Below the pieces are notes generated by a model. That model was not told the DNA's origin. It did no database searches and saw nothing but the letters and a program-made list of their open reading frames with translations. A program made the position numbers and the translations under genes. A DNA stretch of 64,000 nt from the human T2T-CHM13v2.0 reference genome, Homo sapiens. Where the stretch lies: NCBI RefSeq assembly GCF_009914755.1, contig NC_060938.1. One strand, written 5' to 3'. Positions 1 through 10,415 of this stretch are shown in pieces; the first letter of the stretch is position 1, and each line of letters starts with the position of its first letter.

Positions 1-2709
1 GTTTTAAGGTTGTGAACTGTTTGTTTTGCCTTTGAGAAGTGTTCAATTTGCCTACTTTACAACTTGGTCAGGCCTAGGAATATAGGCTTTAATCTTAGTA
101 AATAATTATTAATTATATAATCTTAGTAGAAGATTATAAGAAGCCACAGAAATGTAAATTTTTGCCTAGGGTTAGAGGATTGCTTGAAATACACAAAATA
201 AAGCTAAAGGTTTAAGCAAATTGTGGAAGGATTGCAAAAATTAATCTTGCAAAGAAATTCTGTGTGCAAACATTGACTAAATTCGAAAGGAAAATATATG
301 CTTTTTCTATAAATTGAGCATTGAAATAAAAGCTCTTTAGCAAAATTTGTAAAGGGTTATAAAAGATTTTAAGAATCTTACCCATGGTCAAACTAGTTAA
401 GATTAGATAGAGTTGCCTATAAGTTTTCATTAGAAAATTAGGGTTGACATTAATAGTAAACTAATGTGTGGGTAAAATTTGGCTTTCTCTCCCTTGTACA
501 AGATTTTCATCTAATAGTGAAGGATAATGAAAGATTTCCATTTGCCTCACAGATAGGCTGCCAAGGAAAAAAAAAAGAAGGCAGGAGATAAATTGTTTGG
601 AAAGCTAATGGGTAAGGGTTTTTGTCTTGTTTCAAAATTTCTGAGTCATCATTTTGGTAAGGTTTTTATCTTGTTTTAAAATTTCTGAGTCATAATTTTG
701 GCAAAATAAATAATTTATGGTAATCTGGAATTCTATTTCATAACATCAAGTGTTTTAAACCTCTAACATTTAATGAGCTTCCCGAAATCAAATTTCAGCC
801 TCAAGGTTGTCTTTCCTAACCCCTAGGTTTTGGATGCTATGTAGGGCCCCTATAGCATCCAGAAGAGAGTTAAACAGGATTATTCAACATGTTTAGTTAC
901 ATGGAATTGCCAAAACGATGTTTAATCCTCTTCAGGTTATATTTTAGTAAATAATATTAATATATGTTCCAAAACTCTATGGGATTTCTAAAATTGTAGA
1001 GTCTGAGTATGTGCTATCAATCACAATTAAGGTTATTATTTTAAGTATTGTAAACCACAGAGATCACCAAATTTATTTGTCAGTCATGTTTTTGACAGTA
1101 ACTACCCTGAACATTTTGTTATTCACAGACAATTATCATCTTGCTTTGATTCTCTTCAAAGGGTGGTTTGTAATAAGCTGGAAAATTTGACAGGTGCTCT
1201 CAAATGCAGGTTTCTGATAACTTTGGAGATTGTGGTGTTGGAATAAAGGAAAAATATACAGGATTCATGAAGAGCTGAAATGTTCACAGATACTGAGCAA
1301 AGCAAGAGTTAACTGAATGGATGGAACTAATAGAAAATGGAGGTAATCTTTTTTTGACTTGTGCTCATCCTTGTTTTTCTTTTCAGAGTCAAGGAGACTT
1401 ATTTTGATCTATTTAGGGTCTTTAATAATTGAGTAAGTTATATTCCTGTGAACAAAATTTGAAGCATATTTGTTTCTCCTTCTGCCTGGCTTCTCCAGAA
1501 TTTGGAAACTATTTGTGAGTATTCTTGACTTGTGGCAATATAGTTGTTTGCATCAGTGCAATAAGAATTCATTTTCTTTTCAACAGGCCACAGTTGGAGA
1601 AACTGGTTGTTTTACCAAGGCTTTGACTGGAAGGGTATGCTTTACTTTAAGGAATCAAGCTCAACTTGCAGAGCCGATAAAAGCCCCTTGGGAAAACTGG
1701 CTTCATATCTTGTCCACATGGTCCCCCTACAGGCCTCCTAACCAGTGGTAAGTAAAGAATGTTACTTTCTACCAGGCCCAGGAACCCAATATTCTTAGGA
1801 CCTCTTGAAAAGAGGAGTTTACCCAACTCTCATGTATTTGAGGGTACAAAACCATGGCTAGGCTCAGCTTTAGAAAGTCTGATCTGAGATTCATTGTGGA
1901 AAAGAATTCCATCAAAGCCAATATAAGAAGCCTATGTAAGAATAATTATTCTTCCTGCACTTTATGCAAATAATTAGGCGAAGTATAAGACTAAAGTCTA
2001 TTTTGCAAACAACTCAGTCTTATCATGATTGGTTTTTAACAAAAATGAGAACCGGAGAGAGACAAATTATGTTTTAAAAATTATACATTTGTCACTGAAT
2101 TTTAGACTTATGAGTTGCTTTTAAGTTTCTTGCCTACACCTCAAACTAACCCTGCTTATTCCTGTGAACCAAGCATCAATCTTTAGCTGCATCTCAAAAG
2201 GAACAAAAGGGATGGGTGATGTAAAAATCTGGATTAATATTTTAATTCTGAGTAATTATCCCAAAAATCCTGCCAGGTGATGGGAGTAAATAGGGTGCCC
2301 ATAACCCAGAAGTTTTGTTTTTAGGAAAATAAGACCAAGGGAGGTAACGAAAGCCAAGCTCCATGCACTGAAATCTTAGCAAGCTCAACTGTAGCCACCG
2401 ATTATCTGGACATGTTGTGAGCCTTAGGATTTTTGAATTGTCCTTACCCACCCTTTTTTCTTTCATTTTGATTCATACTTTCTAATAACCCAGTTTGTCT
2501 CTTCTTTTCAGGCCATCAAACTCCAAATGGTCATGCAACTAGAACCTTAAACAATGGGCTTCCTTTTCCCTGGGACAGTTAGTTAGGCCTCTGAGTGAGA
2601 TCTGACTGTTGCCTTCCCAAAACACTGCATCCTGTCAGCAGAAAGCAGTTAAGATAGGTCTTCATCCCTGCGCTAATGGAAGTTAGACCTACCCCTTTAG
2701 AGAAGGGAA
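1..2709 (+). mobile_element. Non-coding ERV1 (MER4-group, MER61-int-like) internal sequence, 3' portion, running off the window start
   Basis: Non-coding MER4-group internal-type sequence ending in a purine tract (AGAAGGGAA, 2701-2709) directly before a TG...CA LTR; no long ORF. Confidence 0.7.
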
Positions 2710-3058
2710 TGATAGATGCGGGAGACAGATGAGAGAACCTGCACAGGGTATTGCTTTGGCATGCCTGCAATGGACGATGGACCTACATGTGCACTGGGAG
2801 AACGAGGTGGAGCCATCAGGAATTTTTGTCTTTTTCAGGGGGAAGAGCTGGCCTCTTCAACTTTTGGGTGGTGGCCTGGTATTCAATCTGTGAAGTGGGA
2901 GCCTGCTGGCAGGCCCCCTCTTTCTCTACTGAGAGCTTTCTTTTTGCTGAATAAATCCATCCTCCTCACCCTTCAATGTGTCCACCTGCCTAATTTTTCC
3001 TGGTCATGAGACAAGAACCTGGATATTAGCTGATTTAAGGAGCAAAAACCCTGCATCA
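2710..3058 (+). mobile_element. MER61-family 3' LTR (apparently internally shortened)
   Basis: Starts TGATAGA after the polypurine tract, has AATAAA near 2950, and ends GGAGCAAAAACCCTGCATCA, as I recall the MER61 terminus. Confidence 0.75.
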
Positions 3059-3069
3059 CAAGAAAGTTA

Positions 3070-3964
3070 TGGGGCCAGATAATGTCAGTCATGACTCATT
3101 TCAAATACTTAAGGAATAAATGAGGCCAAACACAGAAACTCTTCCACAGAATATAAGATAAAAAGTAACTGCCCAATTTTGTTCTGTTTTTGTCAATAAC
3201 CCTGACAACAAAACCTGAAAGGAACATGAAATAAGGGATAAGGATCCAAGATTAAAGGTCAAGCTCAGTAAAAATTCTAAACAAAATATTGTCAAACTAA
3301 ATCTGGCAATGTATAAAAGGAATAACAACACACACACACAAACACACATGAATAACACATCAAAACAAAATTAGATTTTTGCATTAAAAGTTTGCTTCAA
3401 ATTTAGACAAATAAAAGCAAAGTAACAAAAATAGGACAAAGATTAAATATTCCAAATAACTGTGTTAACAAATGCAGGGAAAACATCTCATTTCACATAT
3501 AATTATGATTAAAACCATTAAGATAATAGGAATCAGAAAGAAAGTCATTCATCTCATTAAGGATGTCTGTAAAATGTCAATAGCAAATTTTTATTTAAGG
3601 TAAAATAGTCAAAGACTATTCATTATTAACACTACTGCTCATCACACTGCAGATTTTAATTAGTATAATGAGGCAAGAAAAACAAATTAAGGAAATTAAA
3701 GTTTGAAAAAAAAATCACAATTAACCAATGACATACATGACTTTTACCTTAAAAAGTTCAAAAATACAGAAGACATTAGGGATAATATGTGATTTTTAAC
3801 TTGTTTTCTGAATTTGTGTTAAATATTTAAAAATTTATTTGTGTGTACAGATAATTTTAATAGATAAAAATAAGTTAGCATTTGCAATATTATGAAAAAT
3901 ACAGAATTCCCAGTAACAAATCAAACAAAATTTAAAATACCTCTACACAAAAACTAGTTTTACA
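3070..3964 (+). mobile_element. Ancient L1M ORF2 remnant (first piece of a fragmented old L1)
   Basis: A-rich sense-strand L1-like sequence, continuing after 5083 with GATCTAAA...TTGCTCATGGATTGGAAAACACAATATT, a recognisable L1 ORF2 tract. Confidence 0.55.
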
Positions 3965-5082
3965 AAACTAGAAGATAACATCAAAAAACCTCTTCTGGAC
4001 ATAGGCTTAGGCAAAGAATTTATTGCTAAGACCTCCCAAAAGACGTAACAAAAAAAAATAAATAAAGGCAACTTAATTAAACTAAAACATCTCTGCACAG
4101 CAAAAGAAATAATCAGCAGAGTAAACAGATAACCTACAGAATGGGATAAAGTATTTGCAAACTATGCATGTAACAATGAACTAATATCTAGAATCTACAA
4201 GTAACTCAAAGACATCAGCAAGTAAAAAACAAATAATCCCATCAAAGAGTAAGTAAAGGGCATGAATAGATATTTCTCAAGAAAAGATAGTAAAACAGCC
4301 AATAAACATATGAAATAATGCTCAGCATCACTAATCATCAGGTAAATGCAAATTAAAATAACAATGAAATACTACTTTACTCCTGCAAGTATAATCATAA
4401 CTAAATAATCAAAACAACTATAGATGTTGGCATGGGTGTGGTGAAAAGAGAACACTTTTACCCTGCTTGAGGGAATGTAAATGGGTACAACCACTATGAT
4501 AAACAGTATGTAAATTCCTTAAAGAACCAAAAGGAGAACTATCATTTGATCCAGCAATCTCACTACTGGGTATCTACATGAAGGAAAAGAAGTCATTATA
4601 TGAAAAAGACACATGCACATGCATGTTTATAGCAGCACAGTTCATAACTGCAAAGACTTGGAACCAACCTAAGTGTCCATTGATTGAATCAATAAAGAAA
4701 ATGTGTTAAATATATACACACCAAGGAATACTACTCGGCTGTAAAAAGAAATAAAATATCATCTTTTACAGCAACTTGGATTGAGCTGGAGGCCATTATT
4801 CTAAGTGAAGTGATTCAGGAATGGGAAACCAAATATTGTATGTTCTCACTTATAAATGGGAGCTAAGCTATGAGGATGCGAAGGCATAAAAGTGATATAC
4901 GGGACTTTTAGGACTTTGGGGAGAAAGCTGGAGGGGAAGTGAGGGATAAAATATTCCACATTGGGTACAGTGTACACTGCTGGGGTGATAGGTGCACTAA
5001 AGTCTCAGGAATCACCACTAAAAATCTTATCCATGTAACCAAAAACCACCTGTACCTTCTAAACTACAGAAATTAAAAAAAA
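3965..5082 (+). mobile_element. 5'-truncated L1PB-type LINE (ORF2 C-terminus, 3' UTR, polyA)
   Basis: Classic L1 3' end (AATCCCATCAAA..., CCAGCAATCTCACTACTGGGTATCTAC, GGAGCTAAGCTATGAGGATGC, TTGGGTACAGTGTACACTGC), polyA tail, degenerate TSD AAAAACTAGTTTTACA (3949-3964) / AAAAACTGGTGTCACA (5083-5098). Confidence 0.85.
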
Positions 5083-6076
5083 AAAAACTGGTGTCACAGA
5101 AATAGTTAAAAGATCTAAAAAAAAGTGGGAAAATTCTTGCTCATGGATTGGAAAACACAATATTGCAAAGCTATTAATTTTGATCAAGGTGATCTGTGGG
5201 TTCATTTTAGTTATAAACAAAAATCTCAATTTGTGTGTGTCTGTGTGTGTGTGTGTGTGTGTATTTCTAAATTGGCAAGATGTTTCCATAATGTTAGCTA
5301 TGGCACTTACACCATTTTGGGCCATTTAGATATCCGTATACAAACTGATGAAGTCTGACCACAATATCATGTACTGAAAAAAAAGGAGGTGCCAAAAACA
5401 CAATATTATGCATTCTAGAAGTTACCAAAAAGAATTATCTTAAAGATTTTGGTGTTTGGAAAATTTTCTTAAATAAGGTGGTTTTTATGGTGTAACACAC
5501 AGATACATTTCATGAATTAGACCACATTAAAATTAAAAACTCTGTTCATAAAGACACTATTAAGAGAATGATAATGCAAGGGACAGTAAGAAAGCATGTG
5601 AAGACATGCATGAGAAAATGGGTTTATTTCTTGAATATATAGAATTCCAAAAATTAATAAATAAGAAACAATAAAAAAGAGTAATAAATATAAAAAGGAG
5701 CTTCATGAAAGAATGTATTGAAATGTCCAATTAAAATAAGAAAATGGTGTTAGCTTCATTAGTAACTATTGAAATGTTTATTAAAATCATAATGCTATAT
5801 TATAAAACACATAAAAAATAGCTAAAATTAAATATATTAAGAATACTTTCTCATAATAAAACTATGAATAAATTGAAATGCTTCCACACTCCTGGTAGTA
5901 AATTGTCACCTTCACTTTGAAAACAGTTTGGCATTACCTGCTGAAGTTTGGCATACATTAATAAATTCTCTATAACACATCAGTTCTACTTTTATTTATA
6001 TACCAAATTAAATTCATGTTTATGTATAAAATAAAAGAAACAAAAATGTTTGCAGTCACATTATTCTTAATAGTCC
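5083..6076 (+). mobile_element. Ancient L1M ORF2/3' remnant (continuation)
   Basis: Diverged L1 motifs (ATTAAAATTAAAAACTCTGTTCATAAAGAC, ACTTTGAAAACAGTTTGGCA); contains a (TG)n tract at about 5232-5262. Confidence 0.65.
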
Positions 6077-6532
6077 AGTATTAGTTTGCTAGAGATGCCA
6101 TACCAAGTATCAAAACCTGGATGGCTTAAGCAACAGAAATATATTGTCTCACAGTTCTAGAGGCCTGAAGTCTGAGATCAAGGAATGAACAGTATTGCTT
6201 CCTTTTGAGGGCTGTGAAAGAATCTGTTCCATGCCTCTTGCCTAACTTCTGATGGTTTGCTGGAACTATGTGTCATTCTTTGGCTTGTGGAAGCACCACC
6301 CCTTCATTGCCTTCATCTTCATATGGTATTCTCCCTATGTGTGGATCTGTCTCAAAATTTCCAATTTTTATAACGATAACAATCATGTTGGATTAAGGCC
6401 CATGTTATTGAACTCATTTTAACTTTATAACCTTTGTAAAAATTCTATTTCCAAATAAAGTCAAATTCAGAAATATTGAGGGTTAGGATTTCAACACATA
6501 AGCTTGAGAGAGACACAATTCAATACATACCA
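6077..6532 (-). mobile_element. MLT1B/C-type MaLR solo LTR
   Basis: GGCTTAAGCAACAGAAAT...TCTCACAGTTCTAGAGGC...GAGATCAAGG MLT1 signature; 5-bp TSD AGTCC (6072-6076) / AGTCT (6533-6537). Confidence 0.85.
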
Positions 6533-6744
6533 AGTCTCAAACTGGAAACATTCCAAATGTCCAACGATATTAAAGTAATAAATAAATTGTGGTATATTTT
6601 ACACTGGAATACCAAACAATAGTTGAATAGATAAAATATTACTAAATGTAATAACTACATGGCGCAAGTATTTTAACAAACAAAAGCAGACATCAAAATA
6701 TACATACTTAATAAATATTGAATGATCAGTTACCAAAGTATTAT

Positions 6745-6927
6745 TGAAGTGGCTACATTATCTGGGGTACATACCCTGGGGTTTGTTGTCTCATGCCAGG
6801 AAAATTTACCACATGGGCATACACAAAGAGTTTAGGAGTGGAGGTTTAATAGGAAGAAGGGAAGAGAAAGAGAAACAGCTTTCTCTATAAAGGGGCCTCT
6901 GAGCAGAAAGGACTGGCTAGCGGCAAA
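6745..6927 (-). mobile_element. Truncated 3' LTR (approximately R-U5 only)
   Basis: Aligns to 9481-9667 with roughly 25 substitutions by eye, many at CpG; ATTAAA on the minus strand near 6844-6849. Confidence 0.85.
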
Positions 6928-6934
6928 TGTACCA

Positions 6935-7240
6935 GACTCCTAGAGCCATTCCCGTTCTTTCTGATACATACAGATTGAAGGACCTTCCTACACGGAGGCT
7001 GAGAGCTGGTGCCTTAAGTAGGGTCCACTTTAGCTGGTTAAAGGCCTTTTGAACTTTAAGTTCTTAGGTTAGAAGATGAGTTTTAGCCACTTGAGTTTCT
7101 CTTATGAGGTGATATGGAGGAGAAGCTATCTCACCGTACCCAGGTATCCATAGCCTGCAAAATCCTGTAATGCCCCCAAATCCTCTTTGTTGTTTGAGGG
7201 TTTGGGGGAGGCAAAAGGAGAAAATAGGCTTAATCCTTTT
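6935..7240 (-). pseudogene. pol: ERV pol remnant (RT thumb/connection)
   Basis: My translation of the minus strand gives ...GITGFCRLWIPGYGEIA... and KAFNQLK...LLKAPALSL, a class I ERV RT motif. Confidence 0.8.
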
Positions 7241-7242
7241 TT

Positions 7243-7510
7243 ATTACTCCATTTTCATGCTGCTAATAAAGACATACCCAAGACTGGGAAGAAAAAGAGG
7301 TTTAATTGTACTTATGGCTCCATATGGCTGGGGAGGCCTCAGAATCATGGTGAGAGGTGAAAGGCACTTCTTACATGGTGGTGGCAAGAGAAAATGAGGA
7401 AGAAGCAAAAGCAGAAACCCATGATAAACCCAACAGATCTCATCAAACTTATTCACTATCATGAGAATATCACGGGAAAGTCCAACTTCCATTATTCAGT
7501 TACCTGCCCT
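7243..7510 (-). mobile_element. THE1C-type LTR fragment (5'-truncated) inside the provirus
   Basis: CCATTTTCATGCTGCTAATAAAGACATACCC...GACTGGGAAGAAAAAGAGGTTTAATTG...GGCTGGGGAGGCCTCAGAATCATGG. Confidence 0.85.
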
Positions 7511-7930
7511 GAGGAGGAGCAACATAGTATCCCTCCATGTGCAGTGAAACACCCAAATTAACTTTGTAAAACTTCTATATACCTATCATGGTAGTCAGAA
7601 AATAAGCCCAAGTCTCCCTTTATTTGCCTAAAGTCCTGCAATGAGAAAGGAACTTGAGGTGATCCCAAATAAGGGGGATTCTCAGATGGTTCCTCCAGAA
7701 GTTTCTTTTCTAGTCTTGAGGAATCATTCCCTTTGGACCTGCTTGACATGATTGATAAAACGGCTGGGTTGATTTTGTAATGCCTGCTAAGTTAAGAAGA
7801 CCATGCCCTTGTGCAGAAGAAAATGAGCTGCTTTTTCTCAAAGTCTCAGGGTCAAAGGAGACCCTGTGATTCAGGATGCACTCCAGAGGAGAAGAGGCCA
7901 AAGATGATAAAGAGAAGTGAGAAAAAGGCA
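7511..7930 (-). pseudogene. gag: ERV gag remnant (MA N-terminus and CA start), frameshifted and deleted
   Basis: Translations SSPLECILNH...FDPETL, VPFSLQDFRQIKGDLGLFSD...YIEVLQ and TWRDTMLLL resemble HERV-W/HERV9-type Gag. Confidence 0.8.
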
Positions 7931-8652
7931 TCCCTTTAGTCTCCTTCCTTTTGATGTGTCCCAGGGTGGAGAGGAAAAGAGTGGAGGTGTCCCCCCCTGC
8001 TCTTTTCCCTCCATGGTTCCTGGGGTCCCAGCACCCTGTTAAATGTGCCTCTAATGGTTGTGAGTGTGACTTCCCCAGCAATGGAACCAGAGGAACTAAG
8101 TGATGTGTTTTACTCACCCTCACATATGTGACTCTAGTCTTCTGCCTATGATTTCCTTTTGACTTCCTACACTTGTGTGGCCTGTGTGGCTCCCCGAAAA
8201 GTGGATCTTGGGAGAGACTTTGTAACAGTTGCATTTGGGCAACTGTTGCACTTCCCTCCTTAATGGAGAAAGTGTGCTGGTTTGAGCTCTATATCCTTCT
8301 ATTATGGCTCATGCTAAAGGGTTTACCATTAGTGAATGATTCCAGTTAACTTCTGAACTTAAAATCCCTTTACTAATTAAGTACCATTCTAATTGCAGTC
8401 AGAATAGGTACCTTAAAAGAATGTAGGGACCAAATGGTTATTTTCCTGCTGATAGGACAGTATCAAGACTAAAATTTGGTTCCAGAGAATATTTTACTCC
8501 TAATTGTTGAAGGCAGAGTTTTCCAACCATAGAAACAGCATAAAGCCTGGTTTCTGGTAGACAGGTACAAAAAGGGAGGGAATTGGGAAGCTAGGGTGTT
8601 TTGTTAAAGAACCAACAATGGAGAGGATCCCTATTCCACTAGGTTATGCTGT

Positions 8653-8830
8653 TGACCTTGAGATGCCATGTGCTTTCCAGTCCAAGGGCAGAGTGACCTT
8701 GACATGCTATGTGCTCTCCAGACCAAGGGCAGAGAGAGACCTGGAAATGTCATGTGCTTTCCAGACCAAGGGCAGAGAGAGACCTAGAAGTGCCATGTTC
8801 TCTCTGGACCAACGGCAGAGAGAGAGACTT
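8653..8830. repeat. Tandem repeat of about 41-43 bp x4 in the ERV leader
   Basis: Unit GACCTTGAGATGCCATGTGCTTTCCAGACCAAGGGCAGAG(AG)n, four diverged copies. Confidence 0.9.
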
Positions 8831-9458
8831 TCACTTGAGAGGGGAACCCTCTGTTCCTAGAAAATTACAAAGATGCCTTCCCTTGAGCTATATCCCCATT
8901 TACTATGATATTCCCTGATCTTTGCCAAACAAGATTACTTCCCTGAACTGTAAAACTTCCCACACATTGCGTACACAGAGAGGATAAGAGAAATGATAGT
9001 CACAGACAGAAAAAGAGGAAATTATGATAGAAAAGTTGGAGATCCTGTTGCCGACACCCAATTGCGGCAGTCGGAGACTGGGATCAATCCAGAAGCCTTT
9101 GGATAACACTGAGGGGTAGCCCTGGCCAGAAATCCTCAGTTGCTCCAGGACTTCTTCCAGCCCCACATGATGGCTAAGTCCACCATGAAGGGAAGCTGGT
9201 TCAAACATGGCAAATATGCCCAGCAACTCATGGGTATTGGGGGATTCTCCAATCCATAGCCTCCCCATGTTCTCCCCAGCAAGCCCGTCTCCCAAATCTT
9301 GTAAGGCTGGCAACCACGTGAATAGTTTTTAAATGTCCGAGGGGGCCCAGTATTTGGTTTGATTTTGTTCTAAAATGGAGGCCAAGAGCCTCAGAATGAA
9401 GGGACAGAGTTGAAGTCTGCTCCTCTACTCACCATTTTGATAAATGTTGTACCTTGGT

Positions 9459-9477
9459 ATCCTGGATGATATCCCCA
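9459..9477 (-). promoter_or_regulatory. Degenerate primer-binding site, tRNA-Pro-like
   Basis: Minus strand TGGGGATATCATCCAGGAT, 3 nt after the 5' LTR, resembles TGGGGGCTCGTCCGGGAT with CpG-type decay. Confidence 0.5.
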
Positions 9478-9480
9478 ATA

Positions 9481-10093
9481 TGAAGCGGCCATGTTGTCTG
9501 GGGTATGTACTCTGGGATTTGTTGTCACATGCCAGGAAAATTTAGGACACGGACACACACAAGCAGTTTAGGAGCAGAGGTTTAACAGGCAGAAGAGAAG
9601 AGAAAGAGAAACAGCTTTCTCTATAGAGAAAGGGGCCTCCAAGCAGAAAGGACTGGCTGGTGGCAAACCTGCTGGATTTTATAGTCCAGATTGAGGAGGT
9701 GATGTCTGATTTACATAGGGCTCACAGATTGGTTCAATCAGGTATGATGTTTACATAGTGTGTGGGGAAGCCTGGTTGTCCCACCCTAATATTATCACAC
9801 AAATGGGCTTTCTAGCCAATCAGTGCCATCTTGTCTGTTACTTACAGTACACGTGGCTGACAAAGAGAAGAGAAGATGGAACCGCCTTCTTGAACATGTC
9901 TAGTCCCTAGTTTCTGCCAGCATTCACCCGTGCAAGCTTCCAGCTTGCTTGTCTATGTCTGCAGCTCAACTTTACAGGCTGCTCATTGTTACAAAATGTT
10001 TTGGGGCTGCTTTTCATTAAAAAGAAAAGCCTTACTGAGGACTCCCATACCCTTACTATCTGCCTAAGTGATTTCTTCTTAACTCCTATATCA
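9481..10093 (-). mobile_element. MER51-type 5' LTR (complete)
   Basis: Minus strand begins TGATATAGGAGTTAAGAAGAAATCACTTAGGCAGATAG and ends GCCGCTTCA; TATAAAA at 9683-9677; CCAAT boxes near 9730 and 9815. Confidence 0.85.
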
Positions 10094-10214
10094 TTATAGA
10101 AAGCAAAAATAATAGTCTTGGAAATCAGCATAGTGATGAATTAGAATGTGGCTGGACATGGTGATTGATCAGAGCAGGAGGCAGCTTCTGGGGCAATCAA
10201 TGTTCTGTTTTTCT

Positions 10215-10415
10215 GTCCTTTTATTCATGTAAATTTATGGGAAAATTTGTTACACGTATATAATGCACAGTTATAAAATCAGTGTACTTAGGGTGTCTAT
10301 CACCCAAGTACAATATATTCATGTTAAGCACAGTCATCCTATTCTGCTATCAAGCATTGCATTTACTCCTTTCTTCTTACTGTATGCTTGAACATTTTAT
10401 TTATTCTCTTTATAA
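10215..10415 (-). mobile_element. L1MA-type 3' end fragment, antisense, within old L1M 3' UTR remnants (10094-10560)
   Basis: AAATTTATGGG...TTAGGGTGTCTATCACCCAAGTACAATA...AGTCATCCTATTCTGCTATCAA. Confidence 0.55.

Larger units (their letters stand above)
6745..10093 (-). mobile_element. Deleted MER51-type class I ERV provirus (5' LTR, leader, gag remnant, pol remnant, truncated 3' LTR)
   Basis: Exact 4-bp TSD TTAT (6741-6744 and 10094-10097); LTR end sequence repeated at 6745-6927 and 9481-9667; gag and RT homology inside. Confidence 0.85.

Noticed and set aside
8653-8830. CRISPR-like regularly spaced repeat
   Set aside because: Head-to-tail units with no unique spacers, in a primate ERV leader, with no cas genes.
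7710-9313. ORFs of 174 and 136 aa as functional ERV proteins
   Set aside because: Mostly leader sequence; only a short stretch is in the Gag frame, and it is frameshifted and deleted.
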